Positions 50,239 to 62,681 of a DNA stretch of 64,000 nt are shown one piece after another; position 1 is the first letter of the stretch; the number at the start of each line of letters is the position of its first letter. The DNA comes from Monocercomonoides exilis PA203. Its lineage: Eukaryota; Protista; Preaxostyla. The stretch spans positions 744,001-808,000 of the forward strand of contig LSRY02000012.1 in assembly GCA_001643675.2 (NCBI GenBank). Reading direction: 5' to 3'. Below the pieces are notes generated by a model. It was not told where the DNA came from. It saw only the letters and a program-made list of their open reading frames with translations, and did not search any database. The translations under genes were made by a program, and so were the position numbers.

Positions 50239-50457
50239 AATATTATCTATATCGAATGCATACGACAGCTGTAATACATATGTAGCAATTTTTGATGAAT
50301 ATAAATATATTTTGGGTATAAATCAAAAACTTTTGAGTGTTCTTCAACTATGCTATCAACTTATTTAATTCGCGAAATAAATTTTTTTTTAAGAGTCACT
50401 TATTATTTGACATGTGGCAAAATATTTTTTTTTCAGACTTTTGTTCCACACGTTATT

Positions 50458-50815
50458 CAGACATTGCATAGAATGCCGGACAAGATCGATTTCTCTGAAA
50501 CTGCAAGAGGAATTATTTTGACAATTTTCCTCAAAATATATCTCATTGATATAAACTCAAATGATATTCAAAACTTTCAAAATAGCCTCATTTGTACTCT
50601 GAGAAAATTATTTCAAAAATCTCAGAGAAATAGGATTTTGAGTTTTAATGAGATTTTTGAAATAATTTTCTCAGAGCACAAATGAGGCTATTTTGAAAGT
50701 TTTGAATATCATTTGAGTTTGTATTAATGAGATATATTTTGAGGAAAATTGTCAAAATAATTCCTCTTGTAGTTTCAGAGAAATCGATCTTGTCCGGCAT
50801 TTTATGCGATATCTG
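50458..50815. mobile_element. Foldback MITE with pogo/Tc1-like CAG...CTG termini
   Basis: ~168-bp near-identical inverted arms (CAGACATTGCATAGAATGCCGGACA / TGTCCGGCATTTTATGCGATATCTG) and a spacer of about 23 bp. Confidence 0.85.
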
Positions 50816-50982
50816 AACATTTAATTGTTTTCCATTCATTTCCATAATAATGATAAAAAATTTTTTGTCGGAATGAATATCAACAAATGAATTTTTTCGG
50901 CATATTAATTATAATTAATTATCCTGTGAAACTGATTCTGGACACAGGTCCTCCAAGTTCTCCACAATTTGAAAAACAAATT

Positions 50983-52026
50983 TGGGCGAAATATTATCTA
51001 GGTGACAGTCAAATCGCGTGAAATGATTAACGTAAGTTTTCCAATTTGTGGCTTCTAATGTTTTTAAAATTACAATTATTGAACGACTCTCACTCCTTAT
51101 AGATCTTTATTTTTTAATATCTAAATAATTTTATAATGGGTTGGATCAACATGATGAATTGGTTGTTTCCATATCTTTGAATGGAAAACGAAAAACACAG
51201 TGCAACCTCGTATGTGCATGTTTATTTTTGATTGTTATTCGTATTCTGTTTGATATTTTTGGGAAAACATTTTGAACAAAGGAAACAGAAGAAAGGATCA
51301 TTGTTTTTCTGATTTTGTTGGAGATAGGCATAAATAAATATTAACAGCAAACAAATGGTTTGTTCACTTTTCAAATATTTATATGGGTAATAATTTTTGA
51401 AAAGTCACATTTGTTTTATTTTCAAAAAAATCAAAAATTTCATATCTTGATCAAATTTCGGTTTCCATTCATGCAAATTCACAGGAATGTGTAAAATAGC
51501 ATTGTCAAATTATAACCTCCGCTTTGGTGAATTTGCATGAATGGAAACCGAAATTTGATCAAGATATGAAATTTTTGATTTTTTTGAAAATAAAACAAAT
51601 GTGACTTTTCAAAAATTATTACCCATATAAATATTTGAAAAGTGAACAAACCATTTGTTTGCTGTTAATATTTATTTATGCCTATCTCCAACAAAATCAG
51701 AAAAACAATGATCCTTTCTTCTGTTTCCTTTGTTCAAAATGTTTTCCCAAAAATATCAAACAGAATACGAATAACAATCAAAAATAAACATGCACATACG
51801 AGGTTGCACTGTGTTTTTCGTTTTCCATTCAAAGATATGGAAACAACCAATTCATCATGTTGATCCAACCCATTATAAAATTATTTAGATATTAAAAAAT
51901 AAAGATCTATAAGGAGTGAGAGTCGTTCAATAATTGTAATTTTAAAAACATTAGAAGCCACAAATTGGAAAACTTACGTTAATCATTTCACGCGATTTGA
52001 CTGTCACCTAGATAATATTTCGCCCA
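50983..52026. mobile_element. 1044-bp palindromic element (500-bp arms, 44-bp spacer) with a family B MITE at its centre
   Basis: 50983-51482 is the reverse complement of 51527-52026, and the identical mirrored 61-aa ORFs confirm this. The terminus GGCGAAATATTATCTAGGTGACAG resembles that of the 14873 element. Confidence 0.88.
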
Positions 52027-53006
52027 TGTTTCATAGAAAACAGAATTGAATCAGTCAAGTCCTCATTCATAAAAAAATGTTATCTTTGGGAGATGAATTA
52101 TCAATAACTTTTTATTTAGTTTTATTCTATTCAATTCAATGTTTTTTTTTCTGAGCCATTTTCCACTTTTACTGAAAAGAGAATTCTTTAGTAATTCGTC
52201 ACAATTACGTCGTAATCATCTGAGTACATATAAATTGAAAAAGAAGAGGACACACCTTCAAACGTTTATTCTTTTTCGCTATTTCCTTCTGTTGTGTTGA
52301 TTGAATTGCAAGAAGAATAAATAAAATTAAAGCTATTAGAATTATAAAAATTATTCTGGTTAGAATTATCAATAAGTGAATTCTCGTTCGAAAAACAAAC
52401 CTGAGTCAAACCTGAGCAACTGTCAGAGCAGCGCGTGCTGGAAAATTAATCAGTGCAGTAACTTTCCTAATAGGCGGACACTTTCCAAACGGGCGGACAA
52501 TAATTTTAATTGTGGTTCAAGGATTTTTTTTTTAAACTTCTTTTCTCATTTCACGTATTTTTTCAAATGGAAACACTTATTGATCGAAAAATCAATGGAT
52601 AGAATAATTTTTTGAAAAATTTATTTATTGGATAAAAAATCTTCAACGATGGGTTGAATTTATTGAATCAAAGGGATAGATCATTTTTTGTGAGAGATGC
52701 TTGAAAAAAATTGTTTGACAATAAAGTGCACATCAGATGTGAACTTTCAAGCTGTTCAAAATAAGGTTATACAAATATTCAGTCCGAAAACAGCAGAAAA
52801 TTGGTGATTATTTTTGAAATCATAACTTTTTTTGGAGTGTTTGTTTATATGAAAATTCATTATCCTGTGCAACATAATTTTCTTTCAACAATTAAATGTT
52901 TGTCAATCGCTTCAAAAGCCAAAATTTGACTTGAAATAAAAGAAGAGGCATCATTAAATAAATCTTTCACTTTTCAGTGTCCATTAATGAAGATTTTTCA
53001 CATATA

Positions 53007-53409
53007 GTTAGTGTTAATAATTGTGGACACTTTCAACAACTGTGGACAGTCGCATTATCTCAACAACCGTTGATAATTGCTTTTTAACAATAAACCCAAC
53101 AATTCCTTCAATGAATTTGAACAAAAACGAATTGTTTAAATTACCCATTTAATTCAAAAAAATGACTAAAAATTTATTTTTTCTTTTCGAAGAAACCGGG
53201 AGACTTTAATTTCTTTGGGTTTATCCGAAAATTAAAAATGTTTTTTTTCAAAATTCTGTAGAGCAAGTTGTTTCATTTTTGTTTGACTTATAAATTCATA
53301 TTCATTGAGGGAATAATTGGGTTAATTATTAAAAAGCTACTGTCAATTGTGGTTGAGATAAATCCACTGTCCACAGTTATTGAAAGTGTCCACCATTATT
53401 AACACTAAC
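53007..53409. mobile_element. Nested MITE with ~110-bp imperfect TIRs
   Basis: GTTAGTGTTAATAATTGTGGACACTTTCAACAACTGTGGACAG and CTGTCCACAGTTATTGAAAGTGTCCACCATTATTAACACTAAC. Confidence 0.8.
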
Positions 53410-53479
53410 AAGATATTCAAACCGAAATTTTTGTTGAAAAAATATGATTTCAAAAATAATCACACAAATGTTTACAGTG

Positions 53480-54800
53480 ACATTGAAAGATCTTCACCAA
53501 AAGATAACTTTGATCTTGTGAAAATATTACATGCATCATTATTGATACACTCTCCGAAGAATTATTCTTGCAGAACTCTAGCATCGTTGACTCCAATGAA
53601 GAAAACTCGAGTTTACGAAATTTTGAATACACCTGTTTCACAAAAAATAAAGTTAGCTGAAAAACCACCTGCACTTGGAAAGGAAGAAGAGTTGGAATTA
53701 GTTCAATTGTGCATTCAAAATTGCAGTGAAGGAAATCCATTTACTCAAAGAACATTTTTGGATTACGTTTATCATCAATTCGAAAAAGATTTAACATTCA
53801 ATTCCATCAGAGCATTTCTGAAAAGATATACGTCTTTGCTAAATGAACAAATTGCAGTTCCACTTGAAACGATAAGATATGAAATTCTGCAAGAGAAAGG
53901 AAATGAATACAAAAACGAATTAAAATCAAAATTAACAAATGTTCTGGTAGAATTAACATTTTGCAAGGATGAGACAGGCTGCCAGGAGTTTGTGGACACA
54001 AAGAAAAAAAAGTCATTTGCCCTATTGCAATTAAAAATGGTTCGGCAAGGTTTGAAGTTAATCGGGATAACAGATTAGTTTCACTGATAGGATGCGTCCC
54101 ATTACTTGGTCATTCAGTTATTTTTATGTTATTGGTTAAAAGGCAGAATGTAGACGAAGACCTATTCACAAAAATGATTTTTGGAGTTGATCTGGAAATG
54201 AGATCTTCTCCAAAGGGCTATAGCACATCAATTGCATTCATTCATTGGCTTTGTGATTGCTTCATTCCTAACATTAACAATATCAAAAAAAATCAAGATG
54301 AAAAAACTTTATTAGTAGCAGATGGGCACAGCTCTCATACGTTTGAAGAAGCAAAAAACATATTAGTTCAAAATAATGTGGAGTTGCTTTCCATTCCAGC
54401 TCATTCTTCCCATTTATTGTCACCTTTGGATCTAACCACTTTTTCTTCATTCAAAAAAGAATAAAAACGATTAGCGGCTGAGTTACCACACACAACACTT
54501 TCAAAATATGTCGAGAACATCATTAGAAGTAATCAAGTTTCAACTGTACCTTATCAAAACAGAGCTGGATTATTGAGGGGAGGGATTTCAATGTTTGTTA
54601 CAGATAGTTGCTATTTTTCAAAGCTTGATGAAGATCATATTGACAAGCAAATCTGCCAGATGAATATTGAAAAAATCGAAGATTACAACAACATTGAATT
54701 ACCTTTGAAATTGTCAGGAACGAATTTTGATAATTGGGTTCTGGTGAATTCTGAATTATAGAAAATGAAACTGAAGAAAAAGCTGAAAAGATTGCGCTCA
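53480..54800 (+). pseudogene. pogo/CENP-B-type DDE_1 transposase pseudogene
   Basis: HTH (ALGKEEELELVQ), CKDETG, LLVADGHSSH and IPAHSSHLLSPLDLTTFSSFK. Frameshift at the A-run near 54000-54011 plus stops. Confidence 0.88.
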
Positions 54801-57525
54801 GATAATGATGATCTCATCGAATCGGGTTTAAAAAAAGGATGTTATTACTCGATTTTTTTTATTTCAAGAAGAAGGAAAACATTAATGACTTCAAAGAAAT
54901 CGAATGAAAAAAATACAGACACATCATTGTCAAAGTAAGATAGAATAGATAATAAAGATATTTATGAAGACTTCGAAGATAAAGATGAATTATAATAGAG
55001 GAATGATTTTGAAGAGTCTGAAAAAGAAACATCGTCAGATGTATCGTTTGAAGGAGATCACACATTTGCAGCCCAAAAGGAAAATGAGAACAATTCAAAA
55101 CATGAAAAAGTTGTTTCTATTTCCAGAACCAGAAGTTTGTGTGTCATGAAACATTCGAGTATTTACAATGAAAGTGATATTGAAACAGAAAATTCAACAG
55201 AAGAAAGTGTCTGAAAATAAAAGAAAAAGAAATGATAAAACAAATCTTGTTCTTTTTGGAACAATTCAAAAGAAAAAGAAAGTTTCATCATTTTTGAAAA
55301 GAATTGAAGAAAAAAGCTCATGACGAAAAGGTTCAGGGATCGTAACTTGGAATGGAGATATTAAAAAACAATTTCTTACCGAATAATTTATCTTCCGATC
55401 ATGAAAGTGGTGAATTAATGTGTGTAATCATTTTTGTGTATGTTTTGTTTGAAGTGAGATGAATCTCTTTCTTTTTTTGTGTAGTTAATAAAATAAATAT
55501 CGAAATATTTCAGGTTTGCATTCACTTAAAATGAAGAAAAATAATCTTTAGTCAATTTTTCTAATCTTTAAAATTAATTTCCGGTCTATTCACAATTCAC
55601 ATTCATTGTGTTCATTTTTTTTTTTTTTTGCAGAATTGAGATTGACTCTAATCCTTCAACTTCTTTCTCTTTCGGTGTCTAGTAGTTTTTTTTGTGGACA
55701 AGGTTTTTCTTTTCTTATCTTTCAAATAATGTTTTTCAAATTGCTTTTCTTTTATTATTCATTTAAAAATTTATTCAGATCATCATATGATAAGAAAAAT
55801 TCATAACTTAAAATGAAGGAGAATTGCTTTCAATTTGGAAATGAATAATGAGTATATGCATTTTAAGTTTGAATATGTTTTTGAAGAAAGTTTATTCTAT
55901 TTATTGCAACAGCCAATAACAACTGCGTAGTGTGGAAAATAACTCTTGAATCAATTTTTTTTTATTGTTTGATTATTCGTTGTCGTTTTTTAATTCTCAA
56001 TCTTTTTAATAGAAACACTTGAAAAATTAAACAATGTGCTGTTTAAATGCTAGAACAGTTTATCGTTTACAACAAAAAATCTCTCAATAACAATAACTGA
56101 TATGGAATGGTGAAATGAAAAAGCTTTAAATTTTTCTCCAAGAAATGTGAACCATTTCTTGCATTTCGTGAACACAGTTTTGAAGTAGAACTTCTATTAA
56201 TCATTTTAATCTTCTTTTCAAATACTTTATGTCGCATCTTCTCTTCAATTTCAAGCCCACTTGCAGTTTGAATAAAAGAATTATGATTTTTTCTCTGAAA
56301 ATAATGTTCTTTTTCTGAAATGAACGAGTTTGCTTTTTTTTATTTAATTTCAACGCATTTTGTTATTTTCATCATCATCTTCTTCTCTATATGTTCTATC
56401 TCTTATTTCTCTCCCGTGAATTCAACAGACAGAATAACTCCATAAGTCTCTGAAACTCTATCAATTAATCAACTAATTCACAATAAGAATATGACCGTTT
56501 TTAATACCAAAAAGTTTTTCCGTATTTCCTCAATGAATAGTTTGTTGTCTGGTTCAATTTCTGGCACGTGCAAATTTTTTTCTGAAATATTTTCTATTAT
56601 TTAGTTTTTTTTGACATTTCTATGGTATTTATGATCCTGTCCCATTTCAGATGCAAAAACATTTCAAAGCATGCTGTAATCATTCGGAGGCGAATCTTCA
56701 ATGCTTTATACAATCTTTCAGTACAATATCACATTCAATATCACAAATTAACATAGGAAGATTTTCATATTGACCAAAAGAAACCTTTCATTTTGTTTGG
56801 AGATTATTCTAGTGATCAAGACATTCATTCTTCTAAATTGGTGGGTTATTTATGTTACGATATAATTACCAAACAAGAGCGTGATTAGCAATTTGAGATT
56901 TTTATAAATAAGTATCAAACTTGCAAGATCTCTTCAAATCATGTAAATTAACATTTGATCATGTTAACTAGTGACTGTTCAATGTTCGGCTTCAGTTTAA
57001 AACTGTTGAATTTGTTTCAACAAAGCTCACAACAAGCGAAAAGTTTTATTTTTGTTATGAATTTATATATTATTACTTGTTTTTATTTTCATTTATTTGG
57101 TTTATTGATTTGAATAATTTCAATAATTGAAATAACTTTAATATTTTCATTTTCTTTAATTTTCACTCTCATTCCTCGATTTTTTGTTTTTTTTCAGTTG
57201 TTTTTTGTTTTTGACATGTTTTTTCAGAAATATCGAAATTTTTTATCTGTTTTCACACAACATATGTAAATAAAGCAAGAGAGAAATAAATGCACTATTA
57301 TTCCATTTTTTTTATTTATTAACAGTATTTCATCACTTTGCATAAACCAAAAATAGAATTGATAATCACAAAGTTATTTGAAAAAAGTTTCATTTTCATT
57401 TTTCTATTTCAGATCAATATTTCCACAACAAATGTCATTGTCCGCCCTCTTGGAAAGTGTCCGGACATTTTTAAAGTGACTATAAATACATTTTCATAAT
57501 TATTAATAGGTTAAGATTTATTATT

Positions 57526-57794
57526 AAGGACAAAATATTTGACTCCAAGCATTTACATTGAAAAATTATACACTTTTTTTTGACTTTTTGAGATCAAAAA
57601 ACACAATAAAAATGAGTCCATTTTTTTTCATTCATGAAATGTTGGAAAACTTTTCGTTTTGATTTCAACGATACCTGTTTACGGATGTGAAAATCAAATT
57701 TATTATGAAATCTGAGAAAGTGAAATGAAGTTATGAGTGAAACAATTTTTCTTTGCCTTGTGCAAATAAAGCGTGAAAGTCCGTATTTTCCCCC
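57526..57794 (-). mobile_element. MITE family A, copy 4
   Basis: Nearly identical to copy 6. The outer TIR is degenerate (AAGGACAAAATAT). Confidence 0.88.
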
Positions 57795-59174
57795 ATTAGA
57801 ATATTTTTTCATTAGCTTAACTCTATTTTCAATCATTTTTTTCACATTTCTTCCTAATTTTCCATTTTTCTCATTGAAAATGCTATGCATTTTTTTATCT
57901 TTTCTTTCAAACACTTTCCTATTTCTGCGATCATCTCTTATTTTTTCCTTAAAAGCAATTTCTTCCAGACTGAAACAATTAATTGTTCTTATGGCAGAAG
58001 AGAAAAGCTTTCCATTGATTTTCACAAAATACTTATAATTTTTCATTTCAGTCATAAGAATTTCTCCCCATTGTTGTTCTTTTATTTCCTTGTGCCTAAA
58101 AGATTTATTCACAAATAAATGATGATTCATATCAACAGAGAAATAAATTAAAAAATACAATTATTAATTATTAAAAAAAACAAAATTGAAAAAAAAATTT
58201 TTTTTCTAAAGAAAACAAACCTCAAAAAATAATGTTTCGTTTCGTTTTTATTTGTAAAATTCACAACAGACGAATCGAAAGAATCAACAGATGACTCAGC
58301 TGAAGGAGCAGACGATGAAAAATAAAAATTGTTTGAAATGAAAAAATTGGTATTATCATTATCAGAGTCAAATAAATAAGAATCACAATTTGAACAAAAA
58401 AAATCAATTAATTCATGAATATTTTTCAAAGTTTTATTTCCAAGATTATCATTAATTAATCTTGTCATAAACCCAAACTCGCTATCACATTCGCTTTTCC
58501 TGTGATGTTCGGCGAAAAACGATAGAGAGCATTGTTTGTTTTTGAATTAAACTGAATTTTTAGAAAATTTAGCACGTAAAATATGCGAGTTTCGGATATA
58601 AGGTCCGTCACCGCAATAAAAATTATAACAATAATATTTAAAAATATACCAAAATATAACAACTTATGTAAACTTTCTGTAACAAATCTGTATTCTTGAT
58701 AAAGTGTCTCAAAAAAAATTAAAACTATATTTATTCAAAGAACCAGTACTGTCAATTATAAAAATAATAAAGCATAAATGTAAAATTTGTTTCTTCTCGA
58801 AAAAATTTTTTCAAATTTCAATGTCAGAGATAAAGATAACTCAATTCTCTTTGAAATCCATCATCATAATGCATTCTTTTGGTTACAAATAATTTCTTTT
58901 CAAATAAAAAAAAACTCTTTGGCTTTGCGTCATTTTTTTATGTTCATCTTAAAAAGTTTTTATTCTTTTTCTTCTTCAGTTAACTTTTTCATTTTTCTTT
59001 TCTAATATTTTTTTTCTTCCAAATACTTTCCTTTTTTGCATTTTTCACACAAGTCAGTTCGTTTCTTGGCTTTTTAGAAATTTTTCGTTTTTTTAACAAA
59101 ACGTGGAATATATCATTTTTATTTCGATATCATTCTTCATTTCATTGAACATATTATTATTTGTTTTACCAATT
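57795..59174 (-). pseudogene. Sola2-like DDD transposase pseudogene
   Basis: Upstream KRTDLCEKC, then in one frame MMDFKEN (58844-58864), CGDGPYIRN (~58589-58615) and FFAEHHRKSECDSEFG (~58472-58519). Spacing D-82-D-40-D with several stops. Confidence 0.7.
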
Positions 59175-59445
59175 GGGGGAAAATACGGACTTTCAAGCTT
59201 TTTTTGCACAAAGTGTTGAAAAATTGTTTTTTTTATAACATTATTTTGCTTTATCAGATTTCAAAATAAATTAAATTTTCATTTCTGCAAACAAACATCA
59301 CTAATATTATTACTAATTGTTTTGTGACCTTACATGTATTTCAAAAAAAAAAAACCCATTTTTTTCAAATTATTTGATCACAAAAAGTTCATCTTTGATG
59401 CATAATTTTTCAATGAAAATGCCTGAAGTCATATATTTTGTCCCC
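59175..59445 (+). mobile_element. MITE family A, copy 5 (more diverged)
   Basis: GGGGGAAAATACGGACTTTCAAG...ATATTTTGTCCCC. Flanks AATT/ATTA. Confidence 0.85.
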
Positions 59446-59551
59446 ATTATTCTATTTTCATTTGAAAAATTTTCTTGATTTTTCTTTTTCTTATCATCTC
59501 CTTATTCTTTTTTTTTTTTCAATTTTTTCTTCCTTTTCTTCATCTATTTTT

Positions 59552-59944
59552 TTATTTCTCTCTCTCTCTCTCTTTCTCTTTCTTTGATAATAAACGAGTT
59601 TTCATTTTGTTTTCCATGCATTCCTTCAAATAACACTGATTGCAATAATCTGTTCTTTTTTTCGTTTTGCTTATGTTTCTTGCCATTTTGAAATATGTTG
59701 AAAAATTCATTTTTTCAACTATTTCTTTCATCATTTGTTTCCATAACTCACGTTTGGTTCCAAAATAAATTCTTTCTTCATTTTCTAACCACATTTTTTG
59801 TCTTAATAGCATTTTATCATCAAATTTGTCATAGACATTTAATTCAAATAATTTTTTGTTGCGGTTAATTAATAATGATAAATGTTTTGTTTCTAAATCG
59901 CATGTGTTTCCAATTGAATCTTCATATTGAATATTATCTTCCAA
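59552..59944 (-). pseudogene. Second Sola2-like transposase N-terminal fragment
   Basis: GTKRELWKQMMKEIVEKMNFSTYFK..KTKKRTDYCNQC is homologous to GKTNNNMFNEMKNDIEIKMIYST..KAKKRTDLCEKC at 59035-59170. Confidence 0.6.
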
Positions 59945-61188
59945 TCAACCATCTCGAACATATTATACTGAGTGCTGAATATCACTTAAATCATTGATTA
60001 TCAAAGGATTTAACACACACTCATCATTTTCTTTCATAGCGTTATGAGAATAATAATTAAATGATAAATTTGGAAAAGATGAGTGGGGAGTGAGGAAAAA
60101 AGAGGAGAATGATGAATAAGGGGCTGAAACATTTGATAATTATTCTCAGAAGAATTTTAAAAATAGATTATTGATGATAAATGATTTATGAATTGTGTAT
60201 ATTCTGATGTCTGAACAGAGTTTAAGTTTTAATTATATATTTTTATGTTAATGTCAATTATTTGAAAAACAAACGTGAATATGTTTTGTTTTATAGAAAA
60301 ATTATTTTGATTTCCTGTTTTTTACTGATTATTATTTTTTTGTCATTGATTTGCTGATTTTTGTTTCTTTTGCTTCTTTTTGCATGGAACAAATGAAATT
60401 TTCTGAAGTTTTCGTTGTTGTTTTATTTGTCAGAAAATTCAAGTCATCATCACTTAAATGATATACAATTTTGTCTCTTTTTTTCAACGAAGACTGACAA
60501 TTAACCGTGGTGTGCTCTTTCAGCCTCCATTCACAAAACAAAAAAGAATACAATGATAAAGCTAATATATTTGTTTAAAAAACGATAAAAAAAATGATCA
60601 AACGTCTTTTTGTCTTTGGTTGAAATGGTTTTGATGAATGACAAATCGAATAACCATTCATTCAAAGCATTTTTTTTTGCATGAAAAATTTGATTAATAG
60701 AACAATTCTATCCGGCATTAAATAAATCACAACTTTCAATAGCATACAGGAATGTTTGTAACAACAGCGTTTTGTTTTTCTTATCCAAAACATCAAATAG
60801 AAATCCAGCGTAAAGTTAAGTTTTTTGGAATTTCTCTTAGAAAAATACATAAAAAAATAAATGTCAATTAATTTGTTTCAAAAAAAGTTAATTTATCCAT
60901 TCAATATTTCATAGAAATATGGTATGCCTTCTTTTCCTTATAGAGAATGTTCCAAATAATACTGCAATAAGATGTTTGCTTCATTTTTCGAATTTTTTTA
61001 TTTTTTATTTTATATATATATTTTTTTTTGAGATATCCAGTTGATCACGTATTTGCGATTTTCGATTTGGTGATAATTCTGAAAATGTCATTTCTTGTTT
61101 TTTTTTTTAATTATATTGTGGTGATATTCCTCTTTCGATTTTTTGATCTTTTTTAATCTATTGAAAGACAAAATTAAAGTCATGGAAG

Positions 61189-61194
<6 letters not shown>

Positions 61195-61248
<54 letters not shown>
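61195..61248. repeat. Poly(A) tract (54 nt)
   Basis: Read directly. It abuts the truncated Harbinger-like pseudogene. Confidence 0.9.
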
Positions 61249-61249
<1 letters not shown>

Positions 61250-62300
61250 ATATGGAGTTGGAGCTTGACGGTGTTGAGGCTGGGGACCGGGTCTCAGCAA
61301 ATGATATTGGATTGGAGTTCAAAGTGTCAATAAATGCGAATGTGATGCATTACAATTTTTCTGCAAGGAGGGAATAGTTGAGGAGTTTGATATTAAACTT
61401 ATGATATTTGAAGGATAATTTTTTTTTTTGACAACAACAACAACAACAACGACTGCGACGACGACGACGATGATGATGATGTGATGATTGAGACTGGATG
61501 CTGAAGAGAAAAGGTGAATGAATACGTGATCGAGTTGATACAGAAGAATAAAAATCGTTTTTTAAAGATGTTTGGAAATCTCTTTGGTTTTGAAGGATAG
61601 GAAACCTTTCCATTTCTTCATCAGCTCCAATCTCGATTTGGCTCGATTGGTTGCGGTTCCTTTTCCGATTGGAGTTAATATTTCAAGGTCTGGAAATTGA
61701 CCTTGATATCCTCGGTCTCCAATTGTTGAACAGCTTTCTTTGGAACAATCTGCAGAGTTGAAAGACAATTCCAAAAGAGTATTTTTCAGATATGGGACAT
61801 ATTTGTGTTGCCCTTTTTGAAGCAATTCAATGTCATGTTTACCACCCTCAACAGCCTCTGATACGAACATGGCTTTGCGTGGTGTTAAGCGCTTTCAGTG
61901 ACTTCGAATTTCAAACAGTAGACATGGTGATTCACATCATAAATGGATTTTTGTTCACTAAACATAATGGGAGGAGGAGCAATCTTTTCCTTTGTTGCAT
62001 CAACGAGGAGTGCAACGTTTGAATAGGGACCGGGGGATGGAATTGGGGGACGTGGAGGAATTTGAAACATATCATCAAGAACATTCAGCAAAAGCGGACG
62101 GACTTCCTGAAGGGATTTTCTCATCATAGGTTCTTTTATTCATATAAATGAAGAAATTCTTGTAATTGTTGCGCTGGAAGAGAGCCATTCAAGGTGAATG
62201 AAAAGCAAGTCGTGTGCGGAAAGAAGTTTTTTCGTTCCTCTTTTCGGTGTATGATCCATTTTTATTTGAATCAAATCACAATGATTCAAAAGAGTATCAA
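61250..62300 (-). pseudogene. Second Harbinger/ISL2EU-type transposase pseudogene, paralog of 18273-29850
   Basis: PKRGTKKLLSAHDLLFIHLEWLSS, LLVDAT, HHVYCLKFEV, SEAVEGGKHD and IGDRGYQG motifs. Stops and frameshifts. The third catalytic residue was not found. Confidence 0.85.
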
Positions 62301-62413
62301 TGGGAAATCAAAAATGCTCCTGGAATTTTTCAATAAACAATGAATCGAATAGAATCCCATATTATTCTTTCTCAACATTCACTGGATCTTGTTCAATTAA
62401 AGTTGACTTATAT

Positions 62414-62681
62414 GAGGGAAAATACGGACTTTCACGCTTTATTTGCACAAGGCAAAGAAAAATTGTTTCACTCATAACTTCATTTCACTTTCTCAGATTT
62501 CATAATAAATTTGATTTTCACATCCGTAAACAGGTATCGTTGAAATCAAAACGTAAAGTTTTCCAACATTTCATGAATGATAAAAAATGGACTCATTTTT
62601 ATTGTGTTTTTTTATCTCAAAAAGACAATGAAAAGTGCATTATTTTTCAATGAAAACGCCTGAAGTGAAATATTTTGTTCC
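62414..62681 (+). mobile_element. MITE family A, copy 6
   Basis: GAGGGAAAATACGGACTTTCA...ATATTTTGTTCC. Flanks ATAT/ATGT. Confidence 0.88.

Larger units (their letters stand above)
52456..57482 (+). mobile_element. Decayed pogo/Tigger-like DNA transposon (~5 kb)
   Basis: Imperfect TIRs CAGTAACTTTCCTAATAGGCGGACACTTTCCAAACGGGCGGACAAT and ATTGTCCGCCCTCTTGGAAAGTGTCCGGACATTTTTAAAGTGACTA bracket a DDE_1 transposase. Confidence 0.65.

Noticed and set aside
51146-51863. Two identical 61-aa ORFs on opposite strands
   Set aside because: A by-product of the palindrome with no coding evidence.
55900-57050. Possible second decayed ORF inside the pogo-like element
   Set aside because: Only short stop-ridden frames with no identifiable motif.
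62300-62653. Recurring 'GKYGLSRF...' peptide in several ORFs (also 14177-14419, 57594-58160 and 23-376)
   Set aside because: Translation of MITE family A, not a protein family. The frame is broken in other copies.
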